Shown: positions 11,763 to 23,857 of the stretch, in pieces
Layout: the number at the start of each line of letters is the position of its first letter
Numbering within the stretch: position 1 is the first letter of the stretch
Source of the DNA: Psammoneis japonica
Taxonomy: Eukaryota
Direction: 5' to 3'
Length of the DNA stretch: 52,740 nt
NCBI GenBank assembly: GCA_008632985.1
Contig: QPGO01000094.1
Coordinates: forward strand, 292,721 to 345,460
Translations under genes and position numbers: made by a program
The notes under the pieces: model-generated
What the model saw: the letters and a program-made list of their open reading frames with translations, nothing else
Database searches by the model: none
Told to the model about the DNA's origin: nothing

Positions 11763-13758
11763 GGAAAAATCCTGAACCACATTCTCCCCTAAAACTCTGA
11801 CCACCAAAAACTGAGGGTGCAGAAGCACACTTTTGGCAGCTCTTTTCTCCGCACAAAAAACACGTGTTTTGACCACTCAACCATGACGGTGCCTCGTGGT
11901 TCTTCCCCATCGCCTTCCCAGGATGCCGATCCTGCTGACACCGTTGCTGATGACACTGATGCAACAGGTGATGTCATTGTTCCGGTTCTCATGGGTGTGA
12001 TGCATGCAAAATAAGATGCCACAAACTCACACTGTTGTTTGCATGCTCCACCGCCTCCCACAGATGCCATCACGAATTCCAAAGCCGCGCCTGCATTTCG
12101 GGCCCCCAGCATGCCCGACGCTGTTGCTCCTGTCCTCACTGCCGCAGGTGCTGTTGATGCTGTCATTGTCTTTTGCCAACAACGTCCACAACGAAGTGCC
12201 AACAACTCACACTTCTTTCATTCTCACCCTGACGCCTCCCACAGATGCCATCACAAATTCCAACGCCGCACCTGCGTTTCGGGCCCCTGGCATGCCCGAC
12301 ACTGTCACTCCCACCCTTGCTGCGCAGGTGCTGTTGACACTGTCATTGTCTTTTGCCAACAACACCCACAATGAAGTGCTTGTAACTCACACTTCTTTCA
12401 TTCTCGCCCTGCCGCCTCCCACAGATGCCACCACGAATTCCAATGCCGCACCTGCGTTTCCACCCCCTGGCACGCCCGACACTGTTAATCCCACCCTTGC
12501 TGCTGCAGTTGCTGTTGACACTGTCATTGTTTTTGCTTTGGAAGGAGCACAGTGGATGACGGCAGACCAGGAAACCCACGCAACCATGGCCTGCTGATGG
12601 ACGACACATCAATGGACATGAACAGCGCCTCTTGGTTGGCTCTCGAGTGCAGTCTGATCCTTGGAATGTGCAGACACATCATGTGGCTCCCTGCAAATTA
12701 GAAACCTGACAACAATCAGATGGCAGGCATGCTTTCACAGTTTTTTAGTTTCAAGTTGGAGAGGTCAGTGAATTGGTGTTTGTTTGCAGGCAACTTGGCA
12801 AGGTTTCAAGTGGTGCATGTGACTTGGACACTGCTCTGTTTTCCAGGACTGAGTCATCATGTGCAATTCCACAAGAGGCCACTCTCGCCATTTGAAGTCC
12901 ACACATGATGTGCAACATGCTGTTTTTGTAAGTTGCCAAAATGGAGGCAGGCAGCAACGTGCTTTTGGCAAATGCTTGCCATGTTTGTCGCTGTTGGACC
13001 TTCAAAAGTGGTGCCATGTCAACAGCTGTGCTGCCACTTTGCATGCCGGAACCTTCTGTGCCCGCACTCCATCAGTTGCATCCTCCTTCACATGTTGCTG
13101 CAGTTCATCTTGACACCTGTTGTTGGCTCCGATTGGTTCCACTGGGCTCTGGGTGAGTCTCAATCACCTCCAGATGGAGGAGGTTCTGCTTGGGAATGAT
13201 CATCCTGAGAAAAGTCATCACCACACCTCCCATCATAGATGCTCCTCTGCCATGCCCACGCCCACACAAGGAGCATCGACCAGTGCATCAGTGCTCGTTG
13301 ATCCCATGCCTTTGTTGTTCCAAGCAAAATCACCTCGCTCTGCTGCCACCAGGCCCGGTTGCACCCATGGCAGTCAGAGCACAAGTGGGATTGTTTTGCC
13401 TTGTTGTTGCATTGTGCTTGATTGCAGTGCTCAATGACAAATGGCAGCAATGTCGTCCACGGTCAATTTTAGATCCGGTGAAAATGGGCCCAAACTTCAG
13501 GATCGCAAATCTGCTGTGTTGGGGTTGCAACAGCGGGTTCAACGGCACTGGCCAGTGCAGGAGAGACTGCCATGTCAGGAACAGCAGGTGAGCATGCGTC
13601 AGGTGGTGTGGGGGACAAAGAACGGGAGGTCGTCATGGTCGAGTCGTCAAAACGCGTGATGTTTTGGTGTGTGCACTGTCTTCCAAAAAGTGCGTTTCTG
13701 CACCCTCGGTTTTTGGTGGTCAGAGTTTTGGGGGAGCTGTGGAACAGGAATTTTTGCT
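11763..13758. mobile_element. ~2-kb degenerate element with ~125-bp terminal inverted repeats (MULE/foldback-like)
   Basis: 11763-11888 (ggaaaaatcctgaaccac...aaaactctgaccaccaaaaactgagggtgcagaa...ccatgacg) is an imperfect reverse complement of 13631-13758 (cgtcatgg...ttctgcaccctcggtttttggtggtcagagtttt...caggaatttttg). No TSD and no transposase recognised. Confidence 0.65.
12020..12535 (+). repeat. Tandem repeat, ~180-bp unit x3
   Basis: cagatgcc anchor at 12061, 12242 and 12422; unit ends in ctgtcattgt(c/t)tttgc. Confidence 0.9.
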
Positions 13759-13931
13759 TGTGGAACACACACACACACACATGTGGACATCAACATTGAA
13801 ACTCAATGCACGGTGAAGCCGTGCGCGCGCAACCACGAACACACACACACAGCTCCCCCACCACAGGGGTGATTTCATTCATCACTTTGGGCCTCCTTTT
13901 GAATTGCCAACTGTCTTGCATTGGTTTTGAA

Positions 13932-14222
13932 GTGCATTCAACGGTCCAATGCTTTTACATTGAAAATGTTCATTGATCAATGTTTGCATGTTCCCTTTCC
14001 ACAAAAAGGCCCAGAATTCGCAATCGCGGCCCAGCAAATCGCAGTCGCGGCCCAGTCTCAACGCATTCAACGGTCCAACGCTTTCACATTAAAAATGTTC
14101 ATTGACTGACATTTGCATGTTCATTTTCTACAAAAAGGCCCAGAATTCTCAATCGCGGCCCACCAAATTGCAGTCGCAGCCCAGTCTCAATGCATTCAAC
14201 GGTCCAACGCTTTTACATTAAA
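13932..14222 (+). repeat. Tandem repeat, 129-bp unit x~2.3, with a partial direct copy at ~27831-27910
   Basis: gcattcaacggtccaa at 13934, 14063 and 14192. aaatgttcattga.tgacatttg..tgttcattttct...caatc.cggcccac recurs at 27856-27906. Confidence 0.85.
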
Positions 14223-14316
14223 ATTAGACGCGGCAATCATGATGTTTTCCGTTCGGTTTTGGCTGCACCGACACATGTCCTTTGTCCATCACAACACAAG
14301 CACCTGATGAAACAGT

Positions 14317-16080
14317 CTCTCAAGTGCAATCAGCTTGCATTTCATCACCCACTGCTGCATGGCCGGGTGTTGGTGGCTGCCATGCATTGGCTTTTGATCT
14401 CTCAAACTCGGCCTGAAAAGAAGGGTGCAAAGCATCCGTCAACAGCCCACATCCAAACCCATTGTGGGGTGTTCCCCGGCTTTTGCTGCAACTCAACTTT
14501 AGCTTCCACAGGGCTGTGCGGTCTTTTACTTCCCAACTTCACCAGTCTGAAGCAACGCCAGTCAGCGATGTTGTGAGTTTTGGCTGCCAATCACATGTGG
14601 TTTCATCACGTGTGATGCTGTGCCACTGGGAGATGCAACACCAGAAACTGCACCACCAGCAGATGCTCCAGTGCTCTTGCTTGTTCAGGAACAGCAATGC
14701 TGCAGCCTCCACGATGCCGCAGCCATCATCCCTCATTGCGAGGAGTGCAGAGCCGGAAGTCAAACATGCCGATTTTCTAGAGGGGTTCGGGACCGTCAAA
14801 TTGTTGCTGGGGCAATTGTGTCAACATGACATGGAAGAGAAAATGCCGTTGGCGGACGCTCACTTTTTTGGCAATCTTTGTTTCAGTTTTTTGGCACAAC
14901 AAACACAACATCACCATGATGGGTCGAATCACCACCTCGCCTTGAAACGGATCACTCAACCAACATGAGCAACGCGCTGCCTCAAATGGGGTGACATTGC
15001 CATGTTCCACTTCAGTGATTGCCTTTGCCACCGGCAAAAATGCAGAAATGAGTGACATGAATTTTCAAGATGAACAAACCGCTGAAACCACTTCTTGGCA
15101 AGAAGAAGCACACTGGATGTCCTTTCGACAAGCTGTGAAGCAATTTTCCTCATCTCGCCTGGTGCCGAAAAAGAATTTGATCAACAAACAGCCACAGACG
15201 TGTGACAACATTGCAGTTTCGTCATCGTTGTCAAGGCTGACAAACCAAGCACGAGCATGCCAGCATGACGATGATTTCTCCTTCTTGTCCTTGACACCCA
15301 GCAGCAGCTGCACGGACACCATCATTTCTGCCACTGACTTTTCATCCAAGCAAGAGCATTGTTCATTTGCATCTGAGACCACCAAGTCAAGTCCACTGTC
15401 ATTGGCATCAGATTTGGCAGAAACAAAAATGAGACTCACCCTTGCTCAAGTGGAGTGCAACAAATTGGAGTTTGCCTTGACACAGAACAAGTCAATGTGA
15501 GATGCACCCAAACACCACAGCACAAAGCACATTTTGCAATCCTGACATGGCTTCCCACGAGACTTGTTTTGGAGTGCAGCTTCCTGGAAAACAATGCTGT
15601 TGAGGCCTTTCTTGTTTTGTGTGGATTGCTGGAAAAATGGTGATGCTCCTGCCAGCCACGCAGCTGCGCTTCCTTCTTGCTCAGATGATGCCTCTTTCAG
15701 AACAGAGCATTCATTGACATGCGTCATGGAGGTCCTTGGTTGTTCTTGCTGGATCAGCCAGCACACGGGCAATTCTCCTCAAAGCATTGATTCAAAGCCT
15801 GCTGGCGCAGCGCAGTCCACTTGATGATGCTGCGTGGGATTCATCCAACTTGCGTGCCTGCGCTGTGTTCAAACAAAGTTGTGCTTTCTTCCGACTGCTG
15901 CATCCACAGTGTTTGATCTTGTTTTAACCAGATGGCTTCATTTCCCACAATGACAAAAAAGCTGAGCCAGCAGAAGGCATGGTGGTCTGGCAACGGCAAG
16001 TGAAGAACCGATTGGACGAATCAATGGCAAGTGGCAGATCAGTTTGAAAGCTTTGGCAAAGGCACATGCAAAACGTTCAA
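14317..16080 (+). repeat. Copy 1 of a ~1.8-1.9-kb diverged direct duplication (copy 2 at ~23858-25798)
   Basis: Shared tcagcttgcatttcatca, ctctcaaactcggcctgaaaag, ctcttgcttgttcaggaacagc, aagaatttgatcaacaaacagcc, cagaacaagtcaatgtgaga and atcaatggca.gtggcagatcagttt. Confidence 0.9.
14991..15500 (+). pseudogene. Mutated copy of a small Ser-rich protein with a coiled-coil C terminus (paralog at ~24590-25093)
   Basis: Both copies end ...SPLSLASDLAETKMRL(T/A)LAQVECN(K/E)LEFAL.QNKSM*. Reverting TG/CA to CG gives the more heptad-like AQAERDELEFAL (inference). Confidence 0.55.
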
Positions 16081-16117
16081 GTGCACATCGCAGAGAGCAG
16101 AGCCCAACGTCATGTCC

Positions 16118-16600
16118 AAAGGTGCTCAAGAGAGACAAGCAAGTGATGGCAGCACAGCCAGAGCATGTTGTTGTTGAAACGAGTGGCTCCTGTAAAGTCG
16201 TGTCATGTCATGCTTGCAAGATTAAACTTAGAATGCAGGGACGGGGCAGTTTTGTTCATTCCAGTTGATGCTTCTCATGTGACTGCTGGAGCATGGACAC
16301 TTCTCGTGCAGCTAACAGGAGAGTGTGTTTTCGTGTCATGCTTGTGTGATTAAACTTTGAATGCAAAAAAAGAAAGACTCTCTGTCTCTCTTTCTTGTGT
16401 GTGCTGCATGCTGGCAAGGTGCCGGGCACCATTGTCCATCTCAACCTTGCCTCCATCAGTGCACATGCCATTCTGGAATGAATGGAAAAGGTGCTGCTTT
16501 TTTAAAAAATGGAGTTCATTAGAGTGGCGCTGTTCATCTCTGCGGTTGCACTTGTGCTTTTAGAGTTCAAGACTGGCGGCCAAGCATTTGCAACCAATGG
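16118..16600 (+). repeat. TA/CG-converted copy of 10431-10905
   Basis: Examples: gacgagcgagta->gacaagcaagtg, tagctag->cagccag, gtcgtatc->gtcgtgtc, ggggtagtttt->ggggcagtttt. Confidence 0.85.
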
Positions 16601-19600
16601 CTGTCATGTGCGACTGTCTTGAGCTGGCAGAGACTCACAGGCAGGCACTGCATTCATAGATGCTGAGGGCACGTCCCCATGAAAAGTGCACCCACTTTGA
16701 AAATCTGGTGTCATTCTTTTCGTGCTCTTCACAACATTGTCGGCCAATCAGGGCCCACTCATCACATTGTGGATGACTGCATTTGGTGAGCATTTCATCC
16801 TCAAAATGTCTGCATCCTCAGTCATGATTGATTCTGACTCACATTCCCAGGAGACCTCATCATCCAACCCAACGTAATCCACGCTAAACTGTTCTTCCAG
16901 ACGGTTCTTGGCCATCTTCCACATTGCTCCAACAGTCCTGTCTTTCTTGCGTGCAACCAAGATCAGATGAAAGGGGGGGCAAAAAAGGTTTTGTGCCCAC
17001 ATTGTGTCCATCCACACATCTCCCTCCTTGAAAAAGAGTGCTGGTTTCGGAATCTCCAAGTGGCACTCGTGCATCAATCGCAAAACTTCAGATGGGAGTG
17101 CAGGGACAATGTGTCTCAAGACAAAGGTTTCAGGATTGAAAGCATCACACAGCTGTCATGCTTCTACTGTCATGTTGAAATCGATGCTTTGGAGTTGTTT
17201 CATGTCACATCTGGTCAGGTCGCAAGTGCCCGGCATCCAGCGCACCGCTCCATGCTCTGCAACAACTTTTAGATTGCCAAAATGAGTGAATGACAAGAGG
17301 GCGTGTTCTGGCAAATGTGGTGTGTCAACAAAGAGTTTCCCGACCCCCTCTTTGTCACAGAACAATGGAGGCAAGCCATCAACACCACCCAGATGAGTTG
17401 GCACATTTGTCTCATCCAATTGTTTCTGAATGAAAGTTGCACATGCATGTCCGTGACCACATGAGATGCAATTGTGCTTCTGTCTCTGCCAATCTGACCA
17501 TGAAGACGAATCCTCTCGACTTTTTCATCATTGCCATCATTTCTGCTTTCAGGGACAATGGCATCAAAAACCACAGTCCCCAGTGCATGACGATGACTGG
17601 CATCACTGACACGATCATGCCTGGAAAAAGGACAAATCGACGCACTGCAGATCAAATCATGCATTCCTTTCAAGTCCTCAGGACGCAGCATCCTGAGCAA
17701 ACACCAAGCCCGGCTCTGGAAGACCAAAAAACTCAATCATTCATTCCTCTGTGAACGGCAAACCAGTGAGACTGGGGCACTGGCAACCCAAGCTTCGTGA
17801 TTGTTCACAGCAATGCATGCACTCCGTGTCCAACATTCTTGCTTGCTCCACTCCACGACTGATGACACCAACTCTTTTGTGTCATGCCCTCTGCCAATCC
17901 CTCATTTCTGTTGCCGGGAATTCTCTGCAACTGCATCAAACACAGCAAACAACCAATTCCATGTTGCTGATTCACGTCCATTGGAGGCGCACATTGTGGA
18001 ACAGCAAAACCACAACAACTTCTGCACAGGCACGCAGAGATGCACCCGGGCTAGATTTTCTCTCTTGATTGTGTCACGCCTGAAAGCAAACTGAATTGAC
18101 AAAGAAGAGTCACACAGTTCTGGCACCGTACAGTGGCACAGCAAGGAGCGACAAGCTTGAGCAATCTCTGCTCCTGCGATGGCTCCATGGTGCATGCCGG
18201 CACAGCAGAGCAAGAGAAGTCAAAAACTTGCACCAAAAAAGCATGAGGGAGGATGGGCTGGTGCACTGCACACAAATGGTGCTTGCTTCTGACAAAGGGC
18301 CATCTCCCATGATTGATTTGGACTGTGCAGCACCTCAGCAGAGACAATGTCAGCAGGACCCAACTGCAAAAAAGCAAGAACTTGTTTTTGCACAAATGAG
18401 GAAAGTGAACGTGACAACCACAACAACAGCTGATGTTTGATGTTGCTTTTCTTCCCACAGCACTCACCAGCCAGCCAGAGGCTCCTGATTTCCATGTGGC
18501 AGAGGCAGATTTGAAAAATTCTTGAGAAGGACCACACCCCTCCACCAATCTCCCTTCCAGCATCCCTTGGCACCTTTGCATCTTGCTCATGGAAGGGGGG
18601 GGAGGCAACTTGCAAAGTCTGGCAACCAAGACAGTGTTGCTTGCTTGCCTTGTTTTTCAGCCCAGGCAAAATGAGATGCACAGCACACAAGCTGCTTTTG
18701 CAAGCACAGCTGCCAGAGCCAATGCTGGGCTGAACATGTGCTGGTGTGTTGGCCCCCTTTTGTCTGTCATTGTTCACTCACAATGATGATGATGACACAC
18801 GATGACACACACTGCCCTCTCTCCTCTTCACTTGTGCTTGGTGGCCCAGCAGCACCTGTTTAGAGCTTCAAACAGAAATCTGTTGTGACAGCAAGTTGCT
18901 CAAAGGTGAAGGAGTGATGTGTGTGCAATTGCCAGCAACACATCATGTCTGAAGAGAGAGAGGGGGTTGTTGGCCGGCCAGACATCATGTGGCCACTTGC
19001 ACATGTGACGGAGAAGACACACCACTTCACACACCAGCCAATTGGATTTCTTTGCCCACAAAGTTCTCTCAAAAGGACTCAGACTGGAGATGACTTTTTG
19101 CCAAAAAAAAGAGTGAATGGAATGGCAGCTTTGTCTTTGGTGTTTGGTTTTGCTCCCATGCCTTTTCTTGGCATTTGTTTGACTGCACAAAGTCACTCAA
19201 AACCCCAAAGCTTTGGTGGGAAGAGAAGTCATTTTCATTGGCAACACAAGGCCTCTGAGTGAAAATTCTTCCTTTTGATTGTTTTGATCTGTGGCAGCCT
19301 TGATTGTTGAGCCCAGCTTCTTTTTTTTTTTGCCTTTTTTGACAGAACAAACTTGCTGCTTGCTTCTCACAAAATTCCTGGACAATCTTCAGCTGTGGCA
19401 AGAACAAGTCATTTTGGCAAAACAAAGCCTCCAAGCAAAAAAATTCTTTCAGTGGCCTTTGGTTGCCATGTTGAGTTTCCATTCTTTGTTGTGCCCACTC
19501 AACTGCACATGCTTGTCACTTGCTCCTGAACAAATCTGAGAAAATCATTTTACAGTTTGACCCACAGCAGCCTTTGATTGCTGCACTGAGCTTCCCTGTC

Positions 19601-20810
19601 TCATTTTGGCACTTGCCAAACCCGGCAGTTCTTCTTTTGGAAAAACAAGTTGAAAAACAGTGTGCATGTCTGCATCAAAATTCTTCTTGGATGTTTTGAT
19701 CTGCAGCAGCCTTTGGTTGTTGTGTTGAGTTTCCATGTTTTTTGCAACACTCACTTCTTGACTGCATGACTTGTGGCTTCCCAGAGCTGAGGATTGAAAT
19801 TGTCCCACAACCCCTCAACTCAGAAGAAGTTTGTCTTTCAACCACATTGAGTGCATGTTATGGTCTGCCTTTTGTGCAGAAATGTGATGCACTGCTCTGC
19901 TCTGCTCCTGCATGTGCATCACATTCCAAAGAGCTTGTCATTTTCAAAATGAGTTGATCCTCCTGCAGAGTCTTGTCAAGCTCCAGTTGCAGGTTTGTTC
20001 AAGATGGACAATTCTTGTGAAGGATCTTCTTTCTCTTTCTCTCTTGCAATGTGGTGCTGCACACTGGCACAGTGCTGGGTGCAGCAGGGCCCTGTCACAA
20101 CTTGCCTGGCTGCGCTGGCACTCATGTCATTCTGAACAGAGCTGGGCACTCAGAAACCAAAAAATGAACAAATGGAAAAAGAGTTGATGTTGTCAAAGGA
20201 GTTTGCTTGCATGGCACAATTTGTCTCTGAGGTTCATTGCTTTTTTTGTCAGAATGTTGCTGATTTTGCAGGATGCCACACTCACTTGTTGGGCTTCTGC
20301 TGGAGGCAGAACCCAAGTGGCTTTGATGTGCAGGAGTCATCTTGAGCTGCTGGCACAGAGCAGAAGCTGCAAACAGGGAGACTGCTGCAGCCAGCTTGAT
20401 GAAAGCAGAGCAATGGGGACAGACACTGGAAGTCATGCAGCATTTGTTCCATCTGCAGTTAAAGAGAAATTGTGTGGCAACTGCCCCAAATGTTGGAAGA
20501 GACTGTGTGACACCAGAAAAAAGGACACACTCAAGCTGCTTTAATTCTTTCCACCTGCACAACAACAACAAAAAATCATCCAACAACACTGAAACAAAAA
20601 GTGACAAGGTGACTGTGGCATTTTCTTCTTGGTTTCAGCCAACATGCACATCCTTTGTGTCCATCCCAATTTTTCAGCATTGCAAAACAGCACCAACAGG
20701 ATCTTTTGGGGCTGGGGCTGTCCCATGTTCCATGTGTCTTTGAAGCTGCAACTGTCACAGTGTCCTTTGCACTGTGTTGTTCCAAGCTGTTGCAGTCTGC
20801 TTTTGTCAAT

Positions 20811-20970
20811 GCAGAAGCAACATGCAGCCCCACAGCTGTCATCACCATGTTGTCCTCTCTTGTCTTTGTGATCATCATGATCAATGTGGGCAAAAAGCAA
20901 CACACAGCCACACAGCTGTCATCACAACCATGCTGCCTTCTCTTGTCTTTGTGAACATCATGATCAACAT
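20811..20970 (+). repeat. ~80-bp tandem duplication
   Basis: gca(g/a)aagcaaca..cagcc.cacagctgtcatcac...tctcttgtctttgtga.catcatgatcaa occurs twice. Confidence 0.8.
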
Positions 20971-23857
20971 TGATTGCTGACTGCAACTTGGTCGGAGTTG
21001 TGATTTGTCACAGAAGAGCATGCACAGCTGGCTTGATGCTGCTCTTTGGCTCAGCTGTGTTGCATTTTGCCACAAGATCTCAACACAGCTGCCATCACAA
21101 CATTCTTGGTGCTTCTCTGTTGGGCTTGCCAGGAGTGTGCACAAAGCTCATGGACACATGCATTTGCTCATCAAGTGGCAGAGCTTTCCAGGTGTTGCTT
21201 TGAATTTGGTCTGGTTGTCTGTGTCACTGAGTCTCCCACCTGGAGAGCAAAGTCTGTCTCTTCTTTGTCAACAGTTCAAGCCATTCTTACAAAAGTGCAC
21301 ATGGCTTGCTGTTTTCATGTTCCAGGAAACCACGAAGCATGTTGGCTGGACATGCATTGTTTTTTTGTTCAAGCATGTTGACAGGACAAGAGCTGTCATC
21401 TTCTTCTTGTTCAACAAATGATTTTGTGATGTCACAGGCCTCATGGGATTTTTCTTGCATCTCATCATGTTGGGAGTGGCGCTGGCATTTTGCATTTGTG
21501 TGCACAGGACGGGGTGGATCGAACTTGTCAGCAACCAAGGGCAATCTGTCTTTCCTCACCAATGGTCATGTCAAGAAGCTTTTGAAGGCACCAACATCTG
21601 CTGAACTCAAGAAGGGTCAGTGTGCATGTTGCCACGACCATCAAAATTGACACATTCAGGGCAAAAATTTTAAAAGTTTGTTTCAATGATGACCGTGCCC
21701 CTTTTGCAATGTAAAAAAGAGCAGCGCACACAAGCAGCAAATGACTGGTGACCACCTTTTTCAGATGCTTCAAGTTTTTCAGTGATGTCTGTGATGGTGA
21801 TCCCTGGGGCACAACTTGTGAGATTCTGAAAGTGTGTGCTGTTGCTTGAAGTCTTGTGACAGAAGCAGGATGCCACCAAGATGTCAGACTGGGGAGGATT
21901 GCTGAGTGCATTGTTGCAGATGTGGTTGTGGGGTGTCTGGGTTCATTCTTTGTTTGATGGTTGCTGTCCAAGCAGCTCCATTCAAGCAAAATTGGGGGCA
22001 TGGATGGCAGCACTTTTTTGAACAAGAGTTTCAAGACAATGCTGACTGTCAAGCTCAAGCTTGTGTTGGCTGCACATGTGAGCCAAATTGACTCACCCAA
22101 ACTCAGCCCCCCACATTGTGGTGGAATTGCAAATGAAGTTGCTTCAAAGCTTGCCAGTGCAAAAAGAGAACCTTTTTTTAAAACCAAGATGTGCAAGAAT
22201 GATGGCCCCCAGACAGTTGGTGGAAAGAATTGAAGCCAGGCAGGACTTGTTCTTCTGCTGCTCATTTTGTGTGTTGAATGTTCAAGAACATTGGTGTCTT
22301 TTGCAAAATGCATGTTGGGTTGATTTGTCATTGCACTGGTCTTCTCCATCTCATGGCACAATGGTTTTGCTTGAACAAAGTTGGGGCTGCTTTTTAGCAC
22401 CAGCAGTGCCCACTCATGCCATCCCCTCTTTGAGTTGTTCACAGTTGTCACAATGCTGCAGACAGTTTTTTTGCCCTCTGGATGCCAGCTGGGCAGTGCA
22501 GAGAGCAGACCAACATTGACTTTGACTCATTGGAGACAATGTGACAACCAAACTGTTGCATCTTCCTGGTGCAAAAAGCAACAGACCATGAGAACAAACA
22601 GATGTTTTGATGAACATTTTGGCATTGTTGCTTGAAGCACAATTGTGGATTAAGAAGCACCCACAGCTCTCAGTTCTGGTTGAAGACATTGCAGCACCTG
22701 TCCAAACCTGTGTTCTCACAAGGCAACATCTTGTGTCTCTGCAAGGAGAGCTCTCACAAAAGCCATGCCACTGCTCATCCAAAGGCTTGTTTCAAGAAGA
22801 TTTTTTCTGTGGCTTGGGCTGCATCAGCCTCCTTGACATCAGAGGAGTTTGAGAGGTTCTGTGAGGGGATCTTTTCTGTCTTGGGAAGTGGGTGGGTTCA
22901 TGCTTTTGACATTTGAAGGATTCTGGCTTGATTGCATCACTTGAGACCTGCAGGAGGTCTCACAACGTGGCATCCTGCCACCACAACACAAATGTTGGTG
23001 TCAAGTGCCTTGAGCAGCAGCACATGTGCTGCTGCCACTGAGACACAGAGATGTCCTGCCATCATGGCAAGAGTTGCTTTGAATCAATTGCATTTGCCCA
23101 CAATGATGGAGAATGCCAGCTGTGGTGTTGTGCTGGTTCTTTTCCTTGTGGTGCATCTGACTCCCCCTTTCAGTGCACACTGAGCTGTCATTCTGAGGGC
23201 ATCCAAAATGCCTTGACAGTCAAAGCAGCCAACATTGATGGGAGCTCTGCAGGCTTTTGTGTTTGTTGCAATTGTGGTGGCAATGGGTTGTCTCTCAGTT
23301 GTTGCTCTTGTCATCCATTTTCTTGTGGTTCAATTTGTTGTTGAAAAGTGGTGCTGGAGGTGGCCAAAGCCTCTTGAGAATAAGAACATCGATGCTTTGC
23401 ACAGGGAGCAGAAAGAGAATTGGACATCAACAAAAAAGCAAACTCGATGTGTGCAAGCCCTGCATCCCCAATTTTGCAGGTGCACACTCTTGCACCCATC
23501 ATCATCCAAGGGAGGTTTGGCAACAATTGAGAAGTTGTTTGAATTCTCAATGGCATTTTCTGGCATTTGGCTCTGACTGCACAAAAAGCAAATCATCACA
23601 TTGGCGGTGGTGTGGTTTCTTCTGCCCAAGGTCATGAGCATGATTTGGAGCGACAGTGTCTTCTGTGCTGGCTTGATGTGCTTGTAAAATGGCAAACAGT
23701 TGATGTCTTTGCCTTGATCATTTCTCTTGAATCTGCTCTTTGCATGTCGTCCATTGAGAAAGCCCGGAGCCTGGATGTGGCATTTCTTGTTTGCTGGGAC
23801 CTGATCATGGCTGGCCCCAATGTGAGGTTTGCATGCCAATGCAACTGTTCACCCAAT

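Noticed and set aside
13480..13500. BED zinc-finger-like EVWAHF on the minus strand
   Set aside because: It is followed by stops, lacks a proper CxxC...HxxxxH arrangement, and another frame looks more coding-like.
12020..14222. CRISPR array
   Set aside because: Units are 129-180 bp, repeated in full without unique spacers; the context is eukaryotic and no cas genes are present.
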